Positions 14,082 to 26,407 of a stretch of 64,000 nt of DNA are shown piece after piece; position 1 is the first letter of the stretch; every line of letters begins with the position of its first letter. The stretch lies in assembly GCA_030390025.1 (NCBI GenBank), contig CM059431.1, positions 138,882,001 to 138,946,000 on the forward strand, in the 5' to 3' direction. The notes under the pieces are model-generated. The model worked only from the letters and a program-made list of their open reading frames with translations. It made no database searches and was not told where the DNA came from. The translations under genes were made by a program, and so were the position numbers. The DNA is from Squalus acanthias. Its lineage: Eukaryota.

Positions 14082-16212
14082 CCAGATGCACCGTTAAACC
14101 CCATACACACCAGGTCAGGATCCTGATACAACATGAAACCCCATACACACAATGGGAGTACCCAGATACTCTGAGACACCGCATGAACTCCTGGCAGGAA
14201 CCTGATACACTGTGAATCCCCATACAAACCTGGCAGGACCCTGATTCAGTGTGACACCGATAAACACCTGTCAGGATCCTAATCAACAGAGAAACCCCAT
14301 ACACATCTGGACGGATCCAGATACACCTTGAACTCACTTACACAGCTGACAGGTTCCTCCTCCACTGTGAATCCCCAAAGAGAGCTGGCAGGAACCTGAT
14401 ACACCGTGAAATCCCATACACACCTGGCATGATCCTTATACACTGTCAATCGCCATACACACCAGGCAGGACCCTGAAACATTGTGAAACCCCATACTCA
14501 CCTGGCAGGATGCTGACATGCTGTTAAACCAAATACACTACTGGCAGGTTCCAGAAAATCTGTGAAATTCCATATACACTGAGAAAACCTATAGCCACCT
14601 CGCAAGGATCCTGATAAACTGCGAAACCCCTTACACATCTGGCAGGATCATGATACATTGTTAAACCCCATATACATCAGGCAGGATCCTGATACACTGC
14701 GAAACCCAATACACACCTGGCAGGATCCCGTTACACTGCGAAGCACCATACACATCTGGCAGGATCCGATCAACTGAAACATAGTACACACCTGGCAGAA
14801 GCCCGATACACTGTGAATCCCCATACACACCTGGCAGGACCATGATATACAGTGAAACGCCATACACACATAGTAGGATCCTGATGTACTGTGAAACCCC
14901 AGACACATCTGGCAGCATCCTGATGCACTGTGAGGCCCCATTCAAACCTGGCAGGATCCTGATGCACTGTCAAATCACATAAAAACCTGGGAGGATTCTG
15001 ATACACGGTGAGACCTCATTCATAACTGGCAGGATCCTGATACACGGTGAAACCGCAAACACACCTGGCAGGATCCTGCTACATTGTGAAACACCGTACA
15101 CACCTGCCATGATTCAGATTCTCTGTGGAACCGCTTACGCACCTGGAAGTACCCAGATACACGGGGAAAACCCATACACAACAGGGCAGGATGCTGATAC
15201 ACTCTGAAACCACATAAACACCTCAGAGGATCCTGATACACCGTGAAACCGCATACACACCATGGCAGTACCCTGATAAACTGTGACACCCCATGAAAGC
15301 CTGCCAGGATCCTGATGCACTGTGAATCCCCATACAAACCTGGCAGGACCCTGATTCAGTGTGAAACCGATAAACACCTGTCAGGATTCTGATAAACAGT
15401 GAAACCCCATACACATCTGGACGGACCAAGATACAGAGTGAAATCACTTACACATCTGGAAGGATCCTGATACACTGTGAAACACCATACACACTTGACA
15501 TGATCCTTATACACTTTCAATCGCCATAGACACCTGGCCGGACCCTGAAACATGGTGAAATTCCATACACTTCTGGCAGGATCCTGATAAACAGTGAAAC
15601 CCCATACACACCTGGCGGGTTCCAGAAAAAACGGTGTAACTCCATATACTTCAGTGAAACGCTACAGCCACCCGGCAGGATCCTGATAAACTGTGAAACC
15701 ACTTACACATCTGGCAGGACCATGATACAGTTTGAAACCCCATATACTTCAGGCAGTATCCCGTTAAACTGTGAAACCCCATACGCAGCATCCTGATCAA
15801 CTGAAACACACTACACACCTGGCAGGAGCCCGAAACAAACCTGGCAGGACCCTGATTTATTGTGTAACCCACACATACCTGGCAGGATCCTGATAAACAC
15901 TGAAACCTCATGCACAGCTGGCAGGATCCTGATATACTGTTGTACCCCATACACACCTGACATGATCCTGATACACTGTGAAACCCCATACACACCTGGC
16001 AGGATCCTGATACACTGTGAAACCCCATACAAAGCTGGCAGGATCCTGATACACTGTGAAACCACATACACTCCTGTCAGGATCCTGATACACTGTGAAA
16101 CTCCATACACACCTGGCAGGATCCTGATACACTGTGAAACCCCATACACACCTGGCAGGATCCTGATACACTGTGAAACCCCATACACACCTGGCAGGAT
16201 CCTGATACACTG
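14082..16212. repeat. 39-bp satellite, continuation of array 1
   Basis: Same unit. Diverged at left, near-perfect consensus at ~15960-16212. Confidence 0.95.
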
Positions 16213-16980
16213 GATCGGACTTGTCCCAAGGAAGAAATCGCTCTTTGTATTTCTTCTATCGGTAATTCTATCATTTTAAAAACTGTTCCGTGAAATTACT
16301 GAGATGAACTTGTTCGTATGAATACTTCGCTATAATAGAAAGCTTTCAGCTTAAACTAACGATAGATTGAAATAAGCAAGAAAGGGAAGATACATGGCGG
16401 GGGAGTTCACAGGAAGACAAATATTCGGCGAAGTTTGGGTCTGCCTCTTCAGGCTCTGCCAGAGCCAATCCTTAATCCTGGTTAAAAAACAGAGGAGAAA
16501 TGAGAGAGGGAAAGAAAATATCGCAATTCTCCCCTCGGAATTATCACCACACTCTGCCCTCAAACAGTTTCTCTCTTCTGACACTTCCATCCCTGGGAGG
16601 TGATATTTATTACTGTCTCATAACCACCCTGAAAATGTGGAGAATCCAAACTTGATACCGACTACAGCACAGGCATGGTCCTTTCTGTGTCTAACAATGA
16701 AACGTGTGTGTCTGCTGTAGATTTACAATGATATATGTAACTGTGGAAAGTCAGTACTCATTCCCCCAGTAGCTCAGGCGATTGATGCTCAGGGATAATT
16801 TAATTCGGTAGTTAAATGGTTAATGTCCTCACGTAAAGAAACAGCCTCTCCCTTAGCTCAGTGACAAGACACTGTCTCCGGGACCCTGGGCTCAAAGCGC
16901 AAAGATCAGGATATCAATTAAACTTTTAGCAAACAATGCCCCAGATGGAAATGTAACAACTTATATCTAACCATGTATCG

Positions 16981-18235
16981 GTTTTACTGAACTTCCCTGT
17001 AACAAGAAGGGATAACATTTTAAAAGTAACTTTGTTCACAGGTGAAGCGGCAGCGAATTGTCAAACCGGTTGGATTTCATTTGACCTGAAAGGCCGCTCC
17101 CTGTTCTGAAGCAAATCAGGAATGTTGAGCTGAAATTCACCCTGAGGGCGGGCAGCAGCTTTCACACAGAGGGCGGAGCTCTGAGTCTCACAGAACAAGG
17201 ATCAGATCAAATTCACAATTTGTGACTTGCTCAAATCAAACAAGGAACTTCTACCTGATTGGATGTAATGAAGTAACAAGGATATAACTCGCAAAATCTG
17301 AACGGAAATGAAGATGCAGAAAATCCTTGCGGGATCAAGGTAAGATTATTGTAGCTTCTAAGCTTCATTTCTCCCTTTACTCTTCCTTCGAAAACCTTTT
17401 TCCAGCGGTCTCATTAGCGCTCCAGCACCGGGGTTGCGGCTATTCTGTGAGTGTGGGTTCAGACTGTGACTGAGGACAGTCCATCTTACACCTGGGATTT
17501 CAGGGCTAAACCCACTCCGGGTCTCCACCAGTCTCCCCACAGACACATTTTAAAGCGGTTGCAGGACAGAAAGCAGGAACACCAACTCTGGGGATTTAAT
17601 CCAGCAAAGTCCAGCGGCGCCTCCTTCCCATGTTAGAATTCGCAGTTCAGTAAACAGGGTTTGGAACCTGGTCTTCCGAACTCAGTGCGGACTTTTACTC
17701 ACTGAACCGTTTGGTGTCCGGCACAGTTTTATTTAACTGATCAAAAGCCGATCCAGCAGTTCAGACCGAACACACAGTTCAGCTCAGTGAAGGTTTAACA
17801 CATTCGCACTGGTCGATTATCGCTCTGTGCCGAGCACCTGGAAAATCAGCCTCTGATTACCTGAGGCCGGTCTGAAGGCGACCTCGTCACAGGATCGGAG
17901 CAACTTCGGAGATAAATCTAGTCCCCGATTAATTATAATAATGAAATGCTGCATAACCGAGAAATCACTGTTTAACTCAGTCAGGAACGCATGTGAATTA
18001 GGTGAGAGAATGGAGCAGGGACTTGTGTTTTTGCTGAAACAAATTCATGTTAATGAGTCGCTTATTGTCAAACTGGCCGAAAAATCAGACAGACTGATCC
18101 CTTTAGACAGAAACAAACTTCAGGAATGTTTTAGACCGAAACCGGTTTCAGGCTGAAACCACCTTTCACACAGACAGGAGGAAACCAATTAATGATCTTT
18201 ATATTAAAAGTAATTACTCAAATTACCATAAGGTG
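16981..18235 (+). repeat. Tandem segmental duplication, copy 1 (~1.25 kb, non-coding)
   Basis: Colinear with 18267-19785. Anchors: GTTTTACTGAACTTCC, GAAGCGGCAGCGAATTGTCAAAC, CAGTTCAGACCGAACACACAGTTCAGCTCAG, ACTCAAATTACC. Confidence 0.88.
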
Positions 18236-18266
18236 GGAGGGCCCCGGGACTTTTAGCAAATCTCTG

Positions 18267-19785
18267 TTTTACTGAACTTCCCAGGAAGAAGAGATGAAGT
18301 AAATTTTATAACTAACTTTTTTCACAGATGAAGCGGCAGCGAATTGTCAAACGGGTTGGATTTGATTTGACTAGAAAGGCCGCTCCCTGTTCTGAAGCGA
18401 AAGAGGAATGTTTGAGCTGAAATTCACCCTGAGGGCGGGCAGCAGCTTTCACACAGAGGGCGGAGCTTTGAGTCTCAGAACAAGGATCAGATCAAATTCA
18501 CAATTTGTGACTTGCTTAAATCAAACAAGGAAGTTCTGCATGAAATAACAAGGATGTAACTCGCAAAATCTACACGGAAATAAAGAGACAGAAAATCCTT
18601 GCGGGATCAGGGTAAGATTAATGTAGTTTCTAAGCTTCATGTCTGTGTTTTGTTCTTCCCTTTTTCCCTTTACTCTTTATTTCTAAAGCCTGTTACCTGC
18701 GGTCTGATAATTTCTCCAGCGCCGGGTTGCGGCTATTCTGTGAGTGTGGGCTCAGACCGTGACTGAGGACAATCCATTTCATACCGGGGATTTCAGGGCT
18801 AAACCAGTCTCCACCAGTCTCCTCACAGACACATTTTTTGCGGTTGCGGGACAGAAAGCAGGAAAGAAAGAAAGAAGAAGGAAAAGTTTGCATTTTTTTA
18901 TATAGCGCCTTTCACGACCACCGGACGTCTCAAAGCGCTTTGAAGCCAATGACGTACTTTTTTGAAGTGCAGTCACTGTTGTGATTAGGGAAACGCGGCA
19001 GCCAAATTGCGCACAGCAAGCTCCCACAAACAGCAATGTGATAATGACCAGATAATCTGTTATTTTTGTTATGTTAGTTGAGGGATAAATATTGGCCAGC
19101 ACACGGGGAGAACTCCCCTGTTCTTCTTCGAAATAGTGCCACGTGATCTTTTACGTCCACCTGAGAGAGTAGACGGGGCCTCGGGTTAACGTCTCAACCG
19201 AAAGACGGCACCTCCGAAAGTGCAGACCGACTCTGGGGGTTTACGCGGCGCCTCCTCCCTCTTTTAGAATTTGCAGTTCAGTCAGACAGGGGTGCGAATG
19301 TGGTCCTTTCTCACTCCGTATGCTTTTATTTCTTTACAGTAACGCGCGGTATTTTCACTTACTGAAGCGTTTGGTGCCCAATACTATTTAATTTAACTGA
19401 TAACGGCGGGGGCGGCAGTTCAGACCGAACACACAGTTCAGCTCAGTAAAGGGTTAACACATTCGCCCATGGTAAAGCAACCTCTGGTTCCCTGACGTCG
19501 GACTGAACGCGATTCAGCCATTGGATCGTAGCAACTTCGGAGATAAAATTAATCCCCGATGAATTCTAATAAATGAATCACTGTTAACGCGACGATATCC
19601 GGTTAACTCAGGTAGAAAGGGATGCAAATTAGGAGACAAATGGAGCCGAGATTAGTGTTTTTGGTGAAATAAGTTCACGTTAATGAGGCGGTTATTGTCA
19701 AACCGGCTGTGTAAACAACTTAGGCCGCTCACTTTGGAGAGAAACGACATTATGCAATCAACCACTCAAATTACCAACAGGTAGA
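18267..19785 (+). repeat. Tandem segmental duplication, copy 2 (carries a SINE insertion)
   Basis: Same anchors as copy 1 at an initial offset of ~1286, with an extra ~365 bp at 18861-19225. Confidence 0.88.
18861..19225 (-). mobile_element. 5'-truncated Deu-domain SINE (SacSINE1/AmnSINE1-like)
   Basis: The minus strand reads GGAGGTGCCGTCTTTCGG..CAGGTGGACGTAAAAGATC..CACTATTTCGAAGAAGA..GATTATCTGGTCATTATCACATTGCTGTTTGTGGGAGCTTGCTGTGCGCAATTTGGCTGCC..GAAAGGCGCTATATAAA plus a TTTC-rich tail. Recognised from memory of the Deu-SINE consensus. Confidence 0.8.
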
Positions 19786-19858
19786 AAAGATCATTAACCT
19801 CTATTTAAAATTTAAATGTTGAAATTAATCTTGTGTAACTAATGTAATTAATGTGGCG

Positions 19859-20686
19859 GAAATGCAAGTTGGTGCTGTTGCGTGTTTATTATACTAGTGA
19901 CAGCCTGACTTAAGCAGCAAATAATTGAATTTTACAAGTTCTGAAACTTGATTATAAATTAAATCCGGGAAATAACTTGAACTATAGTTTGGAGAAATCA
20001 CTGATCCGAGTGTGAATCGCTTTTACATTTCCCCAGTGGGGAAAGGAAAGGACGCTGACTGAGAGTTTGATTGGACGCAAGTGCTAGGGCCCACACACAG
20101 CGAGACACGCGCACAAGTGGAGAATTGTGATTGTAAAACAGCAAATCTACCACTTATGTATTCATGGTCATTCTTGAGATTGTCAGAGCCCGAAAGATTC
20201 AAAACATAAATGCTGTGCATCACCTCATTGTTTAAAGTTACACAATTCATAACATTACACATTAGTGTTAATATTAGTTGAACAGCGGCAAATGTCCTCA
20301 CAACCTACAGTGCTCAACAGTCAGGTGCTGACACCATGAGAGATATGGTCAATATATTCAAATAGAAGCAGCAGCCAGAACACATGTCCATGAACACACC
20401 GACAATGTCACTGCCCATAAAGACCAGAGGAATCACACCCAGCTATATAATGTTTTTTTGGATAAATATCATATTCATAAAATAACCAGAATTTAAAATA
20501 AAACATAACATATAAAATATTCAACACAAATCTGTGATTAAAAATAATGCAATACCACCAGACTGCGTCAAACCGAGTGAAGGATCATTTATTTCATCAA
20601 TGATGACACCGCTCCATTTTTCCAAACAGAATATATGCTACCACAGCAGTAAGCATGGTTTAACAAGTAATGTGTGAGTAAATCTG
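19859..20686 (+). repeat. Dispersed duplicate of the NLR 5' flank (paralogous to 34788-35616)
   Basis: Colinear anchors: GGAAATGCAAGTTG, TTACATTTCCCCAGTGGGG, CACACACAGCGAGACACGCGCACAAGTGGAGA, AATGCTGTGCATCACCTCA, GCTGACACCATGAGAGATAT, TGTGTGAGTAAATCT. Confidence 0.9.
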
Positions 20687-20698
20687 AACAATTGTTGC

Positions 20699-21280
20699 AC
20701 TTGTGAAAACCTATACACACCTGGCAGGATCCTGATACAATGTGAGACACATTACACACCTGGCAGGATCCTGATACACTGTGAAACCTTATACACACCG
20801 AGCAGGATCCTGATACAATGTGAGACACATTACACACCTGGCAGGACCCTGATAAACTGTGAATCACCATACAAACCTGGCAGTTTCCTGATACAACGTG
20901 AAACCCCATTCACACCTGGCAGGATCATGATAAACTGGGAAACCCCGTACACACCTGGCAGGATCCCGATACACTGTGAAAACCCATAAACACCTGGCAG
21001 GATCCTGATACACTGTGAAACTCTATGCACACCTGGCAGGATCCTGATATACTGTGAAACCCCATACATAACAGGTAGGATCCTGATACACTGTGAAACT
21101 CCATAAACACCTGGCAGGATCCTGATACACTGAAACCCCATACACACCTGGCTGGATACTGATACACTGTGAAACCCTATACACACGTGTCAGGATCCTG
21201 ATACATTGTGAAACCCAATACATATCTGGAAAGAACCTGTTACACTGCGAACCCCCATACACACCTGATAGGGTCCTGAT
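20699..21280. repeat. 39-bp satellite, array 2 left part
   Basis: Same 39-bp unit. Confidence 0.95.
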
Positions 21281-21379
21281 GTACTTATTCTCCAGCGTAG
21301 TGGTAATTTCACTGGGCTAATAATCTAGAATTGAGAGGTCGCACAACACCAGGTTATAGTCCAACAGTTTTATTTGAAA

Positions 21380-21421
21380 TCACAAGCTTTCGGAGCTATC
21401 GATTGCTCCTTCCTCAGGTGA
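21380..21421 (-). ncRNA. Minimal type I hammerhead ribozyme (inverted arm)
   Basis: Exact reverse complement of 23015-23056. Confidence 0.8.
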
Positions 21422-21752
21422 AGTAAATTAGATACAGAATCGCCAAAGCATATATAGATAGAGAACAAAGCATGTGTACCTTACAATTGCAGACCACTAA
21501 ATTAAATCATCCTGACTATCTGCCGAGGTGTGATAAAGTTAATCAAGTCAGCCAGGAAGGTACCACATCAAAGACATAGCAAGATACAACTGAGACAATG
21601 AGGTGTAGTCGCAGGGGTTCTAACGTGTCAAAAGCTGCCGTCTGTATGTAAAACGAAAAGCTTTAAAAAAAATTACTTTTTTACTGGGAAAATTTTTACT
21701 TTTTTACTGGGAATCACATCTGTGAACAAGCCAACGACGACTCGAGTCCGGA

Positions 21753-22081
21753 TCACGTCATGTATCGTGACATAAACCCAAGATCCCGGTTGAGCCCGTC
21801 TTCATGAGTGCGGAACTTGGCTATCAGTTTCTGCTCGATGATTTTGCGTTGTCGTGTGTTTCTAAGGTTGCCTTGGAGAACGCTTACCCGCAGATCCGAG
21901 GCTGAATGTCCTTGACTGCTGAAGTGTTCCCTGACTGGGAGGTAACAATCCTGCCTGGCGATTGTTGCGTGGTGCTCGTTCATACGTTGTCTCAGTGTCT
22001 GCATGGTCTCGCCGATGTACCATGCCGCGGTGCATTCTTTCCTGCAACGTATGAGGTACACCACGTTGGCCGAGTCACATG
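21753..22081 (-). pseudogene. Inverted duplicate of the Penelope GIY-YIG C-terminus
   Basis: VYLIRCRKEC..WYIGET..LRQRMNEH..E..DGLNRD, a mirror of the + strand copy. Confidence 0.88.
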
Positions 22082-22683
22082 TTGTACGCCATGTTCTTCG
22101 CAGCCTTCAACATGTCATCGATGACGACAAACACCTCGCTAAGGCCATCCCCACGCCTCCACTACTTGCCTTCAAACAGCCGCCTAACCTCAGAAGTACC
22201 ATCGTTCGCAGCAAATTACCCAGCTTTCAGGATAACAGCGACCACGACACCACACAACCCTGCCATGGCAAACTCTGCAAGACATGCCAGATCATCAACA
22301 CAGATACCACCATCACACGTGAGGACACTACCCACCAGGTACATGGTACATACTCATGTGACTCGGCCAACGTGGTCTACCTCATACGTTGCAGGAAAGA
22401 ATGCACCGCGGCATGGTACATCAGCGAGACCATGCAGACACTGAGACAACGTATGAACGAGCACCGCGCAACAATCGCCAGGCAGGATTGTTACCTCCCA
22501 GTCGGGGAACACTTCAGCAGTCAAGGACATTCAGCCTCGGATCTGCGGGTAAGCGTTCTCCAAGGCAACCTTAGAAACACACGACAACGCAAAATCATCG
22601 AGCAGAAACTGATAGCCAAGTTCCGCACTCATGAAGACGGGCTCAACCGGGATCTTGGGTTTATGTCACGATACATGACGTGA
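22082..22683 (+). pseudogene. Penelope ORF C-terminal fragment: linker/Zn knuckle plus GIY-YIG endonuclease
   Basis: AFKQPPNLR..VRSKL, PCHGKLCKTC, YSCDSANVVYLIRC..WYISET..RMNEHR..EHF..GLN. The first 26 aa of the listed 22003 ORF come from the inverted arm. Confidence 0.9.
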
Positions 22684-23014
22684 TCCAGACTCGAGTCGTC
22701 GTTGGCTTGTTCACAGATGTGATTCCCAGTAAAAAAGTAAAAATTTTCCCAGTAAAATAGTAAAAATTTTTAAAGCTTTTCATTTTACATACAGACGGCA
22801 GCTTTTGACACGTTAGAACCCCTGCGACTACACCTCATTGTCTCAGTTGTATCTTGCTATGTCTTTGATGTGGTACCTTCCTGGCTGACTTGATTAACTT
22901 TATCACACCTCGGCAGATAGTCAGGATGATTTAATTTAGTGGTCTGCAATTGTAAGGTACACATGCTTTGTTCTCTATCTATATATGCTTTGGCGATTCT
23001 GTATCTAATTTACT

Positions 23015-23056
23015 TCACCTGAGGAAGGAGCAATCGATAGCTCCGAAAGCTTGTGA
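23015..23056 (+). ncRNA. Minimal type I hammerhead ribozyme in the Penelope pseudo-LTR
   Basis: TCAC-CTGAGGA-A-GGAGC-AATCGATA-GCTCC-GAAA-GC-TT-GTGA: stem I TCAC/GTGA, core CUGANGA, stem II GGAGC/GCTCC, GAAA, palindromic AAGCTT in place of stem III. Confidence 0.82.
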
Positions 23057-23467
23057 TTTCAAATAAAACTGTTGGACTATAACCTGGTGTTGTGCGACCT
23101 CTCAATTTTGTCCACCCCAGTCCAACACCGGCATCTCCGCATCATGACTAATAATCCAGAGGCATGGACTAATGATCCAGAGACGTGAGTTCAAATACCA
23201 CCACGGCAGCTGGGGAATTTAAATTCAGTTAGTTAAATAAATCTGGAATAAAAAGCTAGTATCAGTAATGGTAACCATGAAACTATCGGATTTTCGTAAA
23301 AACCCATCTGGTTCACAAATGTCCTTTAGTGGAAGGAAATCTGCTGTCCTTACCTGGTCTGGCCTATATGTGACTCCAGACCCACAGCAATGTCGTTGAC
23401 TCTTAACTGCCCTCTGAAATGGCCGAGCAAGTCACTCAGTTGTAACTAGCCGCTACGAAACAAAATA

Positions 23468-26344
23468 ATGAGAATGAAACCGCACGGATCACCCGGCATT
23501 GACATCGGCACTGGATACGGGCACAGGCAACCCTGCAAAATCCTCCTCACCAACATCTGGGTACTTGTGCCAAAATTGGGAGAGCTGTCCCACAGGCTAT
23601 TCAAGCAACAGCCTGACATAGTCATACTCACAGAATCATACTTTTCAGGCAATGTCCCGAACTCCTCCATCACCATCCCTTGGTATGTCCTGTCCCAACG
23701 GCAGGACAGACCCACCAGGGGTGGTGGCACAGTGGTATACAGTCGGGAAGGAGTTCCCTGGGAGTCCTCAACATTGACTCCGGACCCCTTGAAGTCTCAT
23801 GGCTTCAGGACAAACATGGGCAAGGAAACCTCCTGATGATTACCACCTACCACCCTCCCTCAGCTGATGAATCAGTAATCTTCCATGTTGAACACCACTT
23901 GGAAGAAGTATTGAGAGTGCCAAGGACACAGAATGTACTCTGGGTCGGGGATTTCAATGTCCATCACCAAGAGTGGTTAGGTAGCACCACTACTGACCGA
24001 GCTGGCCGAGTCCTGAAGGACATAACTGTCAGTCTGGGCCTGCGACAGGTGGTGACAGAACCAACACGAGGGAAAAACCTAGTTGACCTCGTCCTCATCA
24101 ATCTACCTGTCGCAGATGCATCTTTCCAGGACAGCATTGGCAGCAGTGACCACCGCACAGTCATTGTGGAGACGAAGTCCCGTCTTCACACTGAGAACAC
24201 CCTCCATCGTGTTGTGTGGCACTACCACCGTGCTAAATGGGATAGATTTCGAACTGATCTAGCAGCTCAAAACTGGGCATCCATGAGGCGCTGTGGGCAA
24301 TCAGCAGCAGCAGAATTGTATTCCACCACAATCTGTAACTTCATGGCCCGGCATATTCCTCACTCTACCATTACCACCAAGCAAGGGGACCAACCCTGGT
24401 TCAATAAGGATTGTAGAAGTGCATGCAAGGAGCAGCACCAGGCGTACGTAAAAATGACGTGCCAACCTGGGGAAGCTGCAACACAGGACTACATGCATGC
24501 TAAAAAGCGGAAGCAGCATGCTATAGACAGGGCTAAGCGATCCCACAATCAACGGATCAGATCAAAGCTCTGCAGTCTTGCCACATCCAGTCATGAATGG
24601 TGGTGAACCATTAAACAAGTAACGGGAGGAGGAGGCTCCATGAATATCCCCATCCTCAATGATGGTGGAGACCAGCACTTGAGTGCAAAATACACGGCTG
24701 AAGCGTTTGCAACCAACTTCAGCCAGAAGTGCCGAGTGGATCCTTCATATCGGCCTACTCCCAAGGTCCCCACCATCACAGAAACCATTCTTCAGCCAAT
24801 TCGATTCACTCCACGTGATATCAAGAAACGGCTGAGCGTACTGGATACAGCAAAGGCTATGGGCCCCGAAAACATCCCGAGTACATGGCTAAAGACCTGT
24901 GCTACAGAACTAGCCAAGCTGCTAGCCAAGCTGTTCCAGTACAACTACAACACTGGCATCTATCCGACAATGTGGAAAACTGCCCAGGTATGTCCTGTCC
25001 ACAAAAAGCAGGACAAATCCAACCAGGCCAATTAACGCCCCATCAGTCTACTCTCAATCATCAGCAAATTGATGGAAGGAGTCATCGACAGTGCTATCAA
25101 GCGACACTTACTCACAAATAACCTGCGCACTGATGCCCAGTTTGGGTTCTGCCAAGACCACTCGGCTCCCGACCTCATGACCGCCTTGGTCCAAACATGG
25201 ACAAAGGAGCTGAATTCCAGAGGTGAGGTGAGAGTGACTGCCATTGACATCGCGCAGCATTTGACCGAGTCTGCCATAAAGGAGCCTAGAAAACTGAAGT
25301 CAATGCGAATCGGGGGGGAAAACGCTCCACTGGCTGGAGTCATACCTAGCACAAAGGAAGATGGTTGTGGTGGTTGAAGGACAATCATCACAGGCCCAGG
25401 ACATCGCTGCAGGAGTGCCTCAGGGCAGTATCCTGGGCCCAACCATCTTCAGCTGCATCATCAATGACCTTCCCACCAACTTAAGGTCAGAAATGGGGAT
25501 GTTCGCTTATGAATGCACAGTGTTCAGCGCCATTCGCAACTCCACAGATAATGAAGCAGTCCATGCCCGCATGCAACAAGACCTGGATGACTTTCAGGCT
25601 TGGGCTGATAAGTGGCAGATAACATTCGCGCCACAGAACTGCCAGGCAATGACTATCTCCAACAAGCGAGAGTCTAACCACCTCCCCTTGACATTCAATG
25701 GCATTAACATCGCTGAATCCCCCACTATCAACATCCTAGGGGTCACCATTAACCAGAAACTTAACTGGACCAGCCACATAAATACTTTGGGAACAGGAGC
25801 AGGTCAGAGGCTAGGTATTCTGCGGCGAGTGTCTCACCTCCTGACTCCGCAAAGCCTTTCCACCATCTACATGACACAAGTAAGGCGTGTGATGGAATAC
25901 TCTCCACTTGCCTGGATGAGTGCAGCTCCAACAACACTCAAGAAGCTCGACACCATCCAGGACAAAGCAGCCCGCTTGATTGGCACCCCATCCACCACCT
26001 TAAACATTCACTCTCTCCACCACCGGCGTACAGTGGCTGCAGTGTGTACCATCTACAAGATGCACTGCAGCAACTCGCCAAGGCTTCTTCGGCAGCACCT
26101 CCCAAACCCGCGAAATCTTCCACCTAGAAGGACAAGGGCAGCAGGCGCCTAGGAACTCCACCACTTCCAAGTTCCCCTCCACGTCACACACCATCCTGAC
26201 TTAGAAGTATATCGCGGATCCTTCATCATCGCTTGGTCAAAATCCTGTAACTCCCTACCTAACAGCACTGTGGGAGTACCTTCACCACACGGACTGCAGC
26301 GGTTCAAGAAGGCAGATCACCACCACCTTCTCAAGGGTAACTAG
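23468..26344 (+). pseudogene. LINE APE endonuclease-reverse transcriptase ORF, disrupted
   Basis: PDIVILTES, RGGG, VGDFNVH, SDHR, KAMGPENI, AGVPQGSILGP; the catalytic motif is mutated to FAYE. Stops at ~24604, ~25033 and 26150, plus frameshifts. The frame reads through 26150 to WSKSCNSLP..HHHLLKGN* at 26344. Confidence 0.9.
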
Positions 26345-26407
26345 GGATGGGCAATAAATGCTGGCATTGCCAGCGACGCCCTGATCAAATATACGAATAA
26401 AAAAAAA

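Larger units (their letters stand above)
21330..23147 (+). mobile_element. Penelope-like retroelement, 5'-truncated with an inverted copy of its 3' end (pseudo-LTR)
   Basis: Inverted arms 21329-22081 and 22355-23107, GIY-YIG ORF, 40-nt 3' extension, and a 13-bp target-site duplication CTAATAATC(T/C)AGA at 21317-21329 and 23148-23160. Confidence 0.93.
21294..26407 (+). mobile_element. Decayed single-ORF LINE (CR1 group, possibly Zenon-like) with tRNA-derived 5' head, interrupted by a Penelope-like element
   Basis: A-box-like GCGTAGTGGTAA (21295) and B-box-like GAGTTCAAATACC (23187), then a SINE-like body to ~23445, an APE+RT ORF remnant, and a short 3'UTR ending in GAATAAAAAAAAA at ~26407. 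Flanked by the 39-bp satellite on both sides. Confidence 0.8.

Noticed and set aside
1..16212. CRISPR-like array (palindromic ~39-bp repeats)
   Set aside because: Units are head-to-tail with no unique spacers, there are no cas genes, and the context is vertebrate.
16763..16900. tRNA genes (TAGCTCAG A-box-like motifs; also the 21294 head)
   Set aside because: No complete cloverleaf can be built. These are at best decayed SINE heads.
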